Assembly: GCF_004010195.1 (NCBI RefSeq)
Contig: NC_057750.1
Span: forward strand, 5,793,983-5,857,982
Direction: 5' to 3'
DNA from: Chiloscyllium plagiosum
Lineage: Eukaryota
Length of the DNA stretch: 64,000 nt
This document shows, one piece after another, positions 1 through 12,110 of the stretch. The notes under the pieces were generated by a model. The model had not been told where the DNA came from and did not search any database. It saw only the letters and a program-made list of their open reading frames with translations. Position numbers and translations under genes: made by a program. Position 1 is the stretch's first letter. Every line of letters starts with the position of its first letter.

Positions 1-192
1 ATCACCCTCCTCTTGTCCTCCTTCCACCTATCGCATTTCCAACACCCCTCCCCCAAGTCCCTCCTCCCTACCTTTTATCTTAGCCTGCTGAACACACTTT
101 CCTCATTCCTGAAGAAGGGCTTATGCCCGAAACGTCGATTCTCCTGTTCCTTGGATGCTGCCTGACCTGCTGTGATTTTCCAGCAACACATT
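1..192 (+). mobile_element. Penelope-like element 3' end (pLTR) with hammerhead-like core at 109-136
   Basis: Same sequence as the 3' end of the GIY-YIG-containing copy at 60503-61610; CTGAAGA-AGGGC-TTAT-GCCC-GAAACGTC. Confidence 0.8.
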
Positions 193-734
193 AAAAGGTA
201 AAACTCAAGGAGTTCTCCCTCCAACACAACGAAGATAGAATTATTGTTTGTTCCCCTCATGTATCAGTGGACCTTATGCACTTGCATACATTTCAAAAAT
301 GATTAACTTTTGAAGTATGTTCCTTCAGTCAGTCTTACCTTAAAATAATACTTTTACTTCAATTCAGCTGTATCATAATAGCAATTTATTAAACTGGCTA
401 CAGCACCCTCTTACCCCTGAAATTTACTGCAGGCTGACTCACAACTCCAAGGGTAACGATATTAAAGGTTTACTCAGGATGCAGATGCCCTGTCAGAATG
501 GAATACCTTTCAAGCATTTGCATCTAAAACATTAAGCATGGCTTTCTCCTGTCTGTCCTATTCTATATTTTTAGCAATTTTCTAATTTATTTCAGGTCAC
601 ACAGTTTCATCAATAAATTTCCCTATAAAATCACTTTGCTTCTGAAAGCCCGGCAAGGTACTGCCCAAATCTCAGGAAAACTCACAAGACTACTAGGGTC
701 AGAAATTTGATCTTTAAATATTAACAGGTGAAGG

Positions 735-1062
735 CCTAGTGGTATTACTGTTAGACTGTTAATCCAGAAACACAGGTAATGTTCTGGGGACCTGAGTTCG
801 AATCCCACCACGGCAGATGCTAGAATTTGAATTCAATAATAATCTGGAATTAAGAGTCTAATGATGACCATCAAGCCATTGCTGATTGTCAGGAAAACCC
901 ACGTAATGTCCTTTAGGGAAGGTATTCTGTCATCCTTACCTGGTCTGCCTCCTTACTTACTCCAAACCCACAACAATGTGGCTGACTCTTAATTTACGAA
1001 ATTAGGGATGGGCAATAAATGCTGGTCCAGTCAGTGACGCGCACATCCATGGATGAATAAAA
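735..1062 (+). mobile_element. tRNA-derived SINE with LINE-shared tail; related copies at ~38880-39240, 40550-40820, 43630-43990, 48230-48530
   Basis: agtggtatt...gagttcgaatcccacc (pol III boxes); tail attagggatgggcaataaatgctgg...cacatccatggatgaataaa. Confidence 0.65.
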
Positions 1063-1161
1063 ATAAAAGTTATTCTACCTTCCTGTTAATAATATTTGAC
1101 ATTGTCCCCCTTCGGCTACAAAGGTTTTGGGGCAGTTTTCAGAAACTTTACAGTCGCTCAC

Positions 1162-1304
1162 CTATGTCTGGAATTTCTTCATCTGAGTCACTCTTCTCAT
1201 CTGAATCTTCCTCTTCATCTTCGTCTCTCTCCTCGATCTTTTCATCTGTGGTGACTGAGCTGTCATCGTAAGTGTAGCCAATGGAAGCTTTCTTTTCTGC
1301 CAGT
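1162..1304 (-). CDS. CLASRP: CLASRP coding exon 6 (acidic region)
   Basis: ataacag|A+LAEKKASIGYTYDDSSVTTDEKIEERDEDEEEDSDEKSDSDEEIPDI+G|gtgagc; 143 nt, phase 2 to 1. Confidence 0.95.
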
Positions 1305-2954
1305 CTGTTATGGAGGAAGGTGGACAGATGATTAGCTGGTCATGCGGGGTGAAGGAGGAGGTCGGCTGTCATCAAATACTTGCTGTAGTCACTAAGTAAC
1401 GAAAGTCGTAGTACAGGAATGTAGTTTATTACACATGGAGCTCTTTTGCACATTTCTTTCTGCAAGTTGTTATGAGGGTGTCAAAGTTGCTACCACATGG
1501 AGTAGTTGAGGTAAATAGCACTGATGCATTTAAGAATTTAAGTAGATAAACAAAAATCAAAGGATAAGCTGATCAGGTGGTGGGAAGGGGGAGCCATGTT
1601 ACAAAGATGGGAGGCTCATATGGAGCATAAACACCAGAATGGAGCAGTTTGGCCTGTTTCTGGTGTGGCAAGATTTCCGTAACATTATTGTACAAAACTT
1701 CTAAGAGACCTGATAAGCCAATTCTTTGATATCTTTCTTAAGATAATTCTTTGATTGGCCTATCCCTCAGCATCTAAAGAGCACTCAATAAACAGTTAAA
1801 GATTTACAGATTCCAGTTAGCTGAGGGAAATGTTTTACAGCCGTTACCAAAGTGATGGCATTCAAAGCAGGAGGTAAAAGGTGACAGGAAAGGAGACTTT
1901 GTCCCCAGTCTATTCCACCAGGAATGACATTCCGCTATTCAAGATAAAAGCCTTGGAATTTAAATCTGGCAGGAATCACTACTGCGGTTAATGGTGTTAT
2001 AGAATTCAGATGCATTGAAAATGCAAGTTACTTCATACAGTCAAACTAGTCAGTACAGCAGTGGAATGAATTCTGACACACATACCTAATTATTTTTTTT
2101 TACAGCTTGCACTTCTGAATTCGCAATATTTCACAGGCACATTTTGTTTGGGTATCTGCAAACTATTCTACTGCAGGGGTATCGCAGGTGAGCCCCACCT
2201 CAAGATTACAGGGGTGGGTTGGGGGATTGGATGCTGTTCAGAAGGTCAGTGCTTCCACACTGTAACAATTTATAATCTCTAACCTGACCAGACAGCCAGC
2301 AGGAATAGGAATGCCGGCAGGAAACATTTTAGCTATTAGGAAAGAAGTGAACAGGTTGGAGCTCTTTTCTGTAGAGAGGCTGATCTGAGAGCTGCTTAAG
2401 ATTACGAAATGCTTTGACAGGCTGGATGCAGAGAAGCTGTTTCCATTTGAAAGCAAGATCAGAACTAGGGGCTATAAGCACAAGACAGTTGTTAATAAAT
2501 CCCAGGGAATTCAGGAGAAACATCTCCACCCAAAGAGTGGGGAGAATGTGGAACTTGCCGATTGCCTCTGAGGCGAACAGCGCTAGACACAATTAAGGGA
2601 AAGATAAATAAATAAACTGGAGAAAGGAATCAAAAGATATATTTATTAGGTGAGATGCAGAGGGTTGGGATTAGGCTCATATGGGAACATTAACACCACT
2701 ACTGACCAGCTGGACCGAATGGGCATTTCCTGAGCTATAAATGCACTTTCCTTCTCTGCGTTCATCACCCATCCCTTCAAGAGGGCAAAACTGCCACCTG
2801 CTGTAGCCCTGATTAACATCAATTCACTCAACACAAACCTGGTCCATTTGGGCACTAAGGTATCAGAGAGTCTGGACAACAAAAGAGAGGGATAATGCAT
2901 AGCTACTTCCTGTTGCATCCTTTCACCCTCCCTCCCCCTGGATCCTGCACATAC

Positions 2955-3039
2955 TTCTTCTTCTCATCATCGTTGGGTTTCTGCATGCCCCCGTACAGCT
3001 CATCGATGTAGATCTGGTACAGACACTGCTCCTCAGCAA
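2955..3039 (-). CDS. CLASRP: CLASRP coding exon 5
   Basis: atttcag|TT+AEEQCLYQIYIDELYGGMQKPNDDEKK+AA|gtatgt; 85 nt, phase 1 to 2. Confidence 0.95.
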
Positions 3040-3835
3040 CTGAAATACAGAAAGACACCAGTCGGTTTAAAGCTTTAAAAAAGGAATCTCCCAATTAAGA
3101 CAGATGAACAGCAATTTTATTCTCAGAGCTGTTCACCTTTAAAATGCTGTAAAGCTTGGTTTACTCAAAGACGAGGCAGTCAGGTTTTTGATCAACAAGG
3201 GAGTTAACAGTTGAGGTCAGGCAGCAAAGTGGAGTGAGGCCATTATCATATCATCTACAATTTCATTGAATGAGAAAGCATGATCGATGGGCTGAATAGC
3301 CTCTTATCTTTTGATGTATTAGATGGGTTAATGCATCAGTTCTGTCACACTTCAAACATTGAACAAGTCGGATAATTGGACAGCTAAGATACAGATGAAC
3401 AATGATCTAACTGGAAGCTAGAACAGGTTTGAAAGACTGATTGGCCTCTCACCTAGTTCCTACATTCCTATACATTTCCCCCTCCAGGTGGCTGTTGCAT
3501 ATTCCCAGTATTTCTAATACATCTTTCACCAAGTGATGGCACAACAATTGTAATGGAGGAGCTGCAACCAACAATGGAAGCCAATCAAAATTCATCTGTA
3601 CTTTTGGGAAATAGAAAATAAAATTAATCTCCGTGGAATTGCCTGTGGACCAACAAGGAAAACCAACAGAGCGTATCATCTCGAGAAACTGAACGGGTTG
3701 TATTTTTTATTTAAAAAGATTAGGACAACCACCATTTTGGCCAATTTGCCAGGTGATGTATCGCAACAGCTTCACTGATAGAAATTCAGCGAGGGTTACT
3801 GGTTGGGTAATTCAAGAAACAATCTGGAAACTTAC

Positions 3836-3915
3836 TGCCTGCAAAATCATTCTGCACCAGACCTCTGTATCGCTCGTAATTACACTTCCGTTCATCATTA
3901 TCATGTTCTGGAGAG
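3836..3915 (-). CDS. CLASRP: CLASRP coding exon 4
   Basis: tctttag|C+SPEHDNDERKCNYERYRGLVQNDFAG+A|gtaagt; 80 nt, phase 2 to 1. Confidence 0.95.
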
Positions 3916-5904
3916 CTAAAGAAGAAAAATTAAACCTTCATCACATGTTCAAAGAGTAAAATGTTTGACTCAAGACAAGGGTCTTTTCTTCAAACAACCA
4001 CCAAATGGTTTAGTAAGAGATGTTACTTGAGTTTGCAACTTCCAAGTCAACAATAAGCTGGTGTGAAGCTCTGACGGGTTAGATTGCAAAATATACCAGG
4101 GGGAGGTAAGTACAGGAAAGGGGTCAGCTGTTTCAGACAGACATGAAGATGAATTCTTTCCTCACAGGGCAGTGGATTACTGCAGTTCTCTGCCCAAAAC
4201 TTGTATTCAGGGGTGAGCTCCATCACCTTTCTTGTTTAGAGTCAGAGTTGAACAGCATGGAAACAGATCTGTCGGTCCAACTCGTCCATGCCAACCAGAT
4301 ATCCTAAATTAATCTAGTCCCATTTACCAGCATTTGGCTCATATTTCTCTAAACCCTTCCTTTTCATATACCTATCCAGTTGTGTTTTCTTTATTCTTTC
4401 ATGGGATGTGTGTGTTGTTGGCAGGTCTGGCATCTCTAATTGCCCTTGAACAGAGTGCCTTGCTCATTCATTTCACAGGGCAGTTAAAGTCAACCACATT
4501 GCTGTGGGCCTAGGAAAATTCTGTAGTCCAGAGCAAGTAAAAGGACACCAGTAAACCAAATAGGATTTTATGATGGATTGACAATAGTTTCTTGATCATC
4601 ATTACCTTTCCAGTTTTTTAACCTTTGAAGGAAATATTGATTTTTAATTCCTCCAGATGCTGTGGTTATGCTCAGAGGGCACAGTCCTTGGTCTCTGGAT
4701 TACTAGTCTAGTGATATTACCACTACACCACTGTCTCTCCTAGGGACAGATGCCAACCTTGACACACTACCTTATTTAAGATAAAGAAATGCAACAGGGT
4801 CTAATGCAGCTGTGGGAGCTTCCCAATAGGGATGATCATTTAGATTAGGACAGATGTTTGCTCACCAAGCCAATGGGGAGCGTGGAGATAACTTGGATTA
4901 AGGATGCCCTGTGTAATGACAGGCTGTTCCTTTACAGATGTAATTCTGTGCAACCTTCAGCAACACACACTAACCTGAGACTAACACTGATTGGATGGCA
5001 TTATGAGGAAAGGTTGGGACAGGCGAGGCTGGAGTTTAGAGGAATAAAAAGTGACTTGGGCTCTTGTGGCACATTGGTAGTGTCCCTGTCTCCTGAGTTC
5101 CACCTGCTCCAGAAACATGTCATACAGTGTCTGAACATGTACTTTAGAACAAGCTAAAATCTAAATTAGATAGGTCATTGTTTAAAAAATAAAGGGCTGC
5201 TTGAAGACAGTGATGAAGAGAATTTTTCTCTCAGAGTTGACAGCCTTTGGAATTTCTTCCTCACAGGACAGTGAGGCATAAGTTTTGAAAAGTTTTAAAG
5301 CAGAGGTAGATACCTTCTTGATAAGCAATGGCATTTTTAAAATTCACTCTTAGGATGTGAAAATCACTGTCTGGGTCACCATTTATTGCCTTCCTGTAAT
5401 TGCTCTTAAAGAGATGGTATTACTTTGAACTTCTGCAGTCTATTTGGTGCAGGTTTGCGGTGGGAGTTCCAGGATTTTGGCTCAGTGACACTGAAGGAAC
5501 GGCAATATATTTCAAACCAGGATGGTGAGTGGCTTGGAAGGGAACTTGTAGGTAATGGTATTCAAATGTTTCTTTTTCCCTTGCCTTTCAGATGTTAAAT
5601 GGTGGGATTTCAAGTTGCTGTCGAGAGAGAGAGGTTATTGGGACGAGGTGGAAATATGGTGTGGAGGGCACAATTGGATCAGCCATGATCTTACAGGATG
5701 GCGGAGCAGGTTTGAAGGGTCAAGAGTCCTACTCCTGTTATTAATTGTATTGCCCCCATTAGTTGAAGTAGCAATGGACAGGCGCTTGGGTAAAAGTGTG
5801 TGGAAGTCTGTGATTGTCCGGATCTTTGGAGGCTGAAAGGAAAGGAGTTTAAATTGACTAAGAATTAGGTAAGTTTCTCTTTCTTCCAGCGTGTTGATAC
5901 TCAC

Positions 5905-6006
5905 AGAGCACTCAGGAAAGGAGGGGCGTACTCCAGGATGTAATCCAGATGAGCCCGAACATCAAACCGATCGATCATGTTGTTCGTATCACCCTGCCAG
6001 GGCATC
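5905..6006 (-). CDS. CLASRP: CLASRP coding exon 3
   Basis: tctcaag|G+MPWQGDTNNMIDRFDVRAHLDYILEYAPPFLSA+CT|gtgagt; 102 nt, phase 2 to 2; SWAP-type DRFDVRAHL motif. Confidence 0.96.
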
Positions 6007-6774
6007 CTTGAGAAATAACAACAGGGAACCATGAGTGAGATTGGCTGACCATTAATGGCAGTGCACAGGGAACGAATCAGCACCGACACTGGGAGTCCCC
6101 ATGTGAATTATGGACACAAGCCTCTGAAGGAGGAATTGAACCCACAACTTGTAATGCTACCCCTACAACAAGGATGTCAGAAATAATGTTAACAAATTCA
6201 GAAATGCTGGCCTAGCCATCATGGCCCAAGTCACTCGAGTGAATTAAAAGCATCTTTTAATTTTAGAAGAGCATAAAATCTGGTGTGCAAATTGAAATCC
6301 GTAAAACAAAAGTTGAGATTTCAGTCAACAGGATAACTTGAAGATTTACTCTTAAATCAACAGTAACGAAGGAGCTGCAACCAACAATGGAAGCCAATCA
6401 AAATTCATCTGTACTTTTGGGAAACCGAAAACAAAACTCTACAGGAAGTGCACAACTGTTGGAAGCAGTTAACGTGGGTGTCATACAATTCTCTCATAAT
6501 GCCCCATAATTCTGTGAACTAAGTTGTTACTTCAGCAATGAAGTCTTCTTAGCACAGAAACTACAGAAGCTCGACAACATGTGGCAATTCCATCCAAACC
6601 CTCAGTGTTCGATTTATCAGTCTACTCCTGTTCTTACCTCTTCCTATTGTCACTGACAGATGGCAGACCACTAACTTTGTGTCACCTCGCATGCTAAGGT
6701 ACCAAGAAGGTAACAGCACCAAAGCACATCTCGGCAGCAGACAAAACACTGGGCATTATTGGAAAAGGGAGGGG

Positions 6775-6990
6775 AGTGGCAGCCACAGCTCAATGGGTCG
6801 CATGCTTGCCTTACGGTCAGAAGGTAGCACACGGATTAAGGCTGACACTCCAGGGCATTACTAGAGGAGTACTGCACTGTCAGAGATGCAAACGTCCCCA
6901 GTGAGATGCTAAGACCCCAGCTGTCAAGATGAATGCATGGCACTCTTTCAAAAACAGCAGCTGGCATTCCAGTCAACCTTTACCTTGACT
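6775..6990 (+). mobile_element. DeuSINE-like (SacSINE1/AmnSINE1 Deu-domain) relic; others at ~41100-41360 (-) and ~45880-46090 (+)
   Basis: gaggagtactgcactgtcagagatgc...tgagatgctaa...catggcactctttcaaaaacagcag resembles the Deu-domain consensus as I recall it. Confidence 0.55.
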
Positions 6991-7447
6991 TTCAAAGTCA
7001 GAGCCATTACAGCACAGAAAGCAGTCCTTTGTCTCCATGGTGATCACTAAACATCCTTTATGCTAATCCCATTTTCCAGCACTTGGCTCATAACCTTGTA
7101 GGCCTTGGTGTTTCAAGTGCTCATCTAAGTAGTTCTTGTATGTTAAGGGTTACCAACTCCATAACTCTCCTAGGCAGTGACATCAATTTACCCACAATCC
7201 TCTGTGCCAAAATCATGTTTCCTCAAACCCCTCTAAACCACCTGCTCCTTACTTTAAAAACATACCCTCTGGTTACTGAGAGATTATTGAGAAATTTCTC
7301 CTTTTCTGTTCTATCTACAACCCATCATAACTACATCCCAATGAGATCCTTCCCCAAGCCTGCTCTGCTCTAAGGAAAACAACATCAGCCCATTAAACCT
7401 CTCTCTTCATAACAGAATGGCTCCAGACCAGGCAACATGCTGGTAAA

Positions 7448-7570
7448 GGCAAAAGTGAGGACTGCAGATGCTGGAAATCAGAGTCTAGATTAGAGTGGTG
7501 CTGGAAAAGCACAGCAGGTCAGGCAGCAGCCGAGAAGCAGGAAAATCAACGTTTCAGGCAAAAGTCCTTT
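7448..7570 (-). mobile_element. Penelope-like pLTR fragment inserted in a CR1 tail
   Basis: gtgaggactgcagatgctggaaatcagagtctagattagagtggtgctggaaaagcacagc is the reverse complement of 20170-20270. Confidence 0.75.
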
Positions 7571-7599
7571 AAATCTTTTCCAAGCCCCCTCTAGTGCAA

Positions 7600-8310
7600 T
7601 CACGCCATAGCAACAGTAGTAGGTCATTCAGCCCCTTGAGCCTGTTCTGCCATTTAATTAGATTGTGACTGATCTGTGACCTAACTACATATATTTTAAC
7701 TCATATCCCTTAATACCTTTACTCAAAAAACATATCTAACTCAGATTTAAAATTAACAACTGATCTAGCATCCATTATCATTTGTGGAAGACAGTTCCAA
7801 ATCTCTCCCATCCTTAGTGTGTAGAAGAGCTTTCGAACATCTCTCCTGAACAGTCTGACCCTAATTCTCAGACTATGCCCCCTAGTTCTAGAATCCTCAC
7901 CCAGTGGAAACAGTTACCTTTATGCATTCTATATTTTCCTGTTAATACCATGAAGACTTCCATCAGATCATCTATATTCAAGTAAACAAAAGGCCTAATT
8001 TATATAATCTCTCCTCATAACCTAACCCTGAACCTAACCATTCTTGTAAACCTGCGATGTACTGCCTCCATAACCAATTAATCCCTGCTAAGGTGGAGTG
8101 CCCAGATCTGCTCTCAGTACTCCAAGTGGGATCTAACCAGAGCTTTGTATAAGTACAGTTTGTACTCTAGCCCTCTCGACATAAAGACCAGCATTCCATT
8201 AGCTTCTTGATTATTTTCTGCATCTATTTGCGACATTTTAAAGACCTGTGCACCTGAACCCCCCCAGTCACTTCGGACATTCACTGTATTTAACTTCATA
8301 CTATCTAGAA
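7600..8310 (-). mobile_element. Older CR1-type LINE 3' fragment
   Basis: MSRGLEYK...LYKALVRSHLEY in ORF 8114..8398, plus a CR1-like tail. Confidence 0.72.
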
Positions 8311-8825
8311 ATGCAACATCACACACATTAGCTTCCTGCTGACTCACCAACCTAGTGTCCCAGCTGTGCCTTTGCAAACCCAAGTCAAACAAATTCAAGT
8401 GACAGGTTTACTAAGGAACCTCTCAAAGGTGAACCGCAACAAACAACTTTAATAGTTTCCATGTAATTTTTAAACCATAAAACAAATTAAATAAACTGAT
8501 GAACAATTCCTTTTGAAGGGAGTGCCATTGTGTACACTCGAGCAAACATTTAAAAATTATTTAATTAGATGACAACCTCTTAAAGGAGAAGTCCCCTTTT
8601 AATAATCAATAATGAAATTAGCTAATATTCAGCCTCTTAAAATACCTTTCCAGGGGCTAAAATCTACTTTTATAATTAATTGATTTGCTTTGATGTCTCG
8701 TGTCACAGCTTGATGGATCATGACCTGGACCTTCTGGCTTAGAGGGCTGGTCGGTATAAAGACCTTATAACATCTAGGAGCATTAACCACATTCAAACTC
8801 CATGAACCTGATCTGATTTTTTTTT

Positions 8826-9065
8826 TAGATTAGATTCCCTACAGTGTGGAAACAGGCCCTTTGGCCCAATAACTCCACACCGACCCTCGAAGAGTAAGAC
8901 ACTCAAACCCATTTCCCTCTGACTAATGCACCTAACACTATGGGGTAATATAGCTTGGCCAATTCACCTGACTTGCATATCTTTGTACTGTGGCAGGAAA
9001 CCGAAGCACCCGGAGGAAACCCACGCAGACACGGGGAGAATGTGCAAACTCCACACAGTCACCCG
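8826..9065 (-). mobile_element. HE1-like V-SINE, 5'-truncated
   Basis: ggaaaccgaagcacccggaggaaacccacgcagacacggggagaatgtgcaaactccacacagtc is the reversed V-domain. Confidence 0.82.
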
Positions 9066-9587
9066 ATGGATTCTTCACATGTGGCCTATGTTGAGATACC
9101 ACCAGTACTACACAGGATTTTTAGATATTAAAGTCATCAAGGGGTGTGAAGGGAAAGCAGGAATATGGCATTGTTATTCAGGATCCACCACGATCATACT
9201 GAAGGCCGGAGCAGGCTCAAGGGCCGAATGGCCTACTCCTGCTCTTAGTTTCTATGTTTGACTTTCATCTTTTAATATCAACTGGATTCAGGCATGTTGT
9301 GGCAGTGCTGCAGGGCAGATAGACCTTGAACCCAAAATCAGAGGTGAGGACGCCACAAGACCCAAAGTCCATTTTGATTTAAAAAATTATTTTGTCTGAA
9401 TGAGTTAGAACACACCAGCATTACAGGTGGGACTTAAACCCAAACCTTCTGGCCCAGAAATAGACATGACCCCTGTGCCACAAGAGCTGTGTTTAAGATA
9501 CTTCATCGATTAGCAGCCTCCACTCGCATGCTCTTAACAAAACTGTTAACATTAACAGTCCAACAGTTCAGATAAGGTATCACTTAC

Positions 9588-9685
9588 ATGTTGAGGGGAC
9601 TCTCTGCTGCAAGTGCCACGGCAGAATCCAGGTGAATTTTACACGCTCGACCATGTACCTGCAGGAACTGTGCTGGATCTTTTTT
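9588..9685 (-). CDS. CLASRP: CLASRP coding exon 2
   Basis: tttccag|KKDPAQFLQVHGRACKIHLDSAVALAAESPLN+AT|gtaagt; 98 nt, phase 0 to 2. Confidence 0.96.
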
Positions 9686-9769
9686 CTGGAAATCAAAGAT
9701 GGCAGAATGCCGCATACATTGGGAAAAGAATTTTCAGATTCTCTGTTTAATATCAATTAACCCCAACGT

Positions 9770-10140
9770 TATACAGTCATACAGCACGTAAGCAGATCCT
9801 TCGGTCCAACTAGTCCACATTGACCACGTTCTCAAACTAAACTATCCCCTTTTGCCTGCATTTGGTCCATATCCCTCTAAGCCTTTTCTATCCATGTACT
9901 TATTCAAATGTCTTTTAAATGTTGCAACTGTACCTGCATCCACCACTTCCTCTGGCAGTACATTCCATATACAAACCATCTTCTGTGGGAAAAAAAGTTG
10001 CCCCTCATGTCCACTTTAAAACTTTCTCCTCACACCTTAAAAACAGGCCTTTTGGTTTTGAACTTGAAAATACCCTTTCTTTTTATCTTATCTATGCCCC
10101 TCGTGATTTTATAAACCTCTATAAAGGTCACCCCTCAATA
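9770..10140 (-). mobile_element. CR1 LINE 3' fragment
   Basis: Reverse complement of the CR1 tail seen at 14900-15265. Confidence 0.78.
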
Positions 10141-10184
10141 TCTAAATCGGAACAATGGACGTTACAATATCATGCCACACTCAC

Positions 10185-10283
10185 TATCTTCTCATAGTAC
10201 TCCCTGCGTCGTTCAGCCCGTTTCTTGTAGTCCACCATCATCCCTCGCAGTTTCCGCTCATGTTTCCGAGCCTCGTGCCACAT
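10185..10283 (-). CDS. CLASRP: CLASRP coding exon 1 (ATG at 10283; exon probably starts ~10319)
   Basis: MWHEARKHERKLRGMMVDYKKRAERRREYYEKI, 99 nt, donor ATA|gtgagt; upstream acceptor tttctcttcag at 10320-10321. Confidence 0.96.
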
Positions 10284-12110
10284 CCTGGATTCCTGATGTG
10301 ACGAGACAAAACGGCAAATCTGAAGAGAAACAAAAAGTGATTCCCAATGAACAGCCCAGCTTTCAACAACATGCTGCATTTAATTAGAGTCCAGAGTGCA
10401 CAACACAACCCAAGGCATTTCACGGATATGTCACCAGATTAAATGTGACACCAAACCATAGCAAGGTGAGACACAGACAAGCAGATTAGGCCAAACTCTT
10501 GACCAAAGAGGAAGATTATAAGGAATGCCATAAAAGAGAGAATTAGAATGGCAGTGAGGATAAACACGGGGGGGGGCAGTTTTGAAAATTAAGGATCAGG
10601 CTGGTGAAGGCACAGCTGCCTATTAAAATTGGAGATATGTAAGAGCCCAGAATTGGACAAATATTGAGATTGTGGAAGGTTTCACAGATCAAGAGGGGTC
10701 ATGTCCATGGAGAGCTCTGAAAACAAGGCAAAGAATATTAAAAGCAAGGCACTGCTGGATCAGGAGTCAATGTGGGTGAGCAAAACCTGGTGAGAGACAC
10801 CGTGTGGCTAGCAGACTGATATTTCCTTCTGTTGCTTATAAAGATTGACATCTGGAATGTGCCTAAAATAAAACACACATTGCATTTCTCCTCTATATTT
10901 CAAAGTACAGAGGATTAGCAATCAGGTTCAACACCAAGGAAAAGGTTATGACTGCACTTTCCTTCACAGCATGGTATCCAGCCATAAATAACAAATTTGA
11001 TCCCTGATGAGCCCTAAAACACTAACTCTGGAAGTAGGCATAAATGTACGACATTTAATACATGGAAGATCATAGATGTACATGCTGGTAATCTCCTGAG
11101 AAATTGCTCAGTGACTCAGAACACGCTGGCCACCAGTTGAAACCAGTTCTTCAATGTTATTCCAATTTTGGGGATAATGAATGCAGGCTGAATCCTGACA
11201 CTGAGGCTCATGGGACATAAGGAACTGCACACACAGCTGCCATCTGCATTTATCTCTGCTTTCATTCTCTCACAGGACATGGGGAATGGTAATATTTCCT
11301 TATTAACTTGAAATTTTACAAGACTTGCTCTCTGTACAAGTGATTCCAGCATCTGCTGCCCTTTATTCCAATTGTTTATACATTTGAATGGGCAGAGTTT
11401 ATTGGCCATTCCTAATTATCCTTGAGCTGAGTGGAATGGACAGTTAAGAGTCAAACGCATCACTGAGGATCTGGAGTCATGTGTAGGTCAGGATTGCAGA
11501 TCACATTACACTGAAGAACCAGATAGGTTTTTAGGACAACTTGTAACTCAAGATTTATTACTGACTGAATTTAAAATCTGCCTGCTTCTGTGCTGGATGT
11601 AAATCTATAGCCTGGGCTTCTGGATTACAACTCTAGTGACATCAAAATCTCAAAAGCAGACCGTTAACTGCAGATATATGATCACCAATAGAGGACCAAA
11701 GGCTGGACAGTTGTGCATTTGAAAATGCACTTAGTTTTATAATCTTGATTCAGATGCAAAAAAAAAAGTGATGTTGGAAGTTGGTATGGGTAGGAACCAA
11801 GGGCAGTAAATTAACTAAACCAGATGCCAGTGAATACATGTGGCTTTCACCAGGGTCAGATTTGAGGAGGACAGTGAATCCTCCTCACAGTGAAGAGAGA
11901 TTGAACAGTTTAGACTTATATTTCTGGAGTTTAGAAGAATGAAATGAGATCTAACTGAGGGGATTGACAGAGTAGATGTAGAAAGAATGTTTCCTCATCA
12001 GGCAGTCTAGAATGAAAGGTCATAATTTTAGGATAAGGGGTTAGCAGATTTAAAACAGAAGTGAAGAGAAATTATTTTTATTCCATTCATGGGATGAGGG
12101 CATTGCTGGC

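Noticed and set aside
1053..1271. Ser-rich plus-strand ORF
   Set aside because: Antisense reading of the acidic CLASRP exon.
3557..3611. Duplicated 55-mer considered as an intronic snoRNA
   Set aside because: No RUGAUGA/CUGA pair or H/ACA double hairpin is evident; kept only as a possible cryptic-exon duplication.
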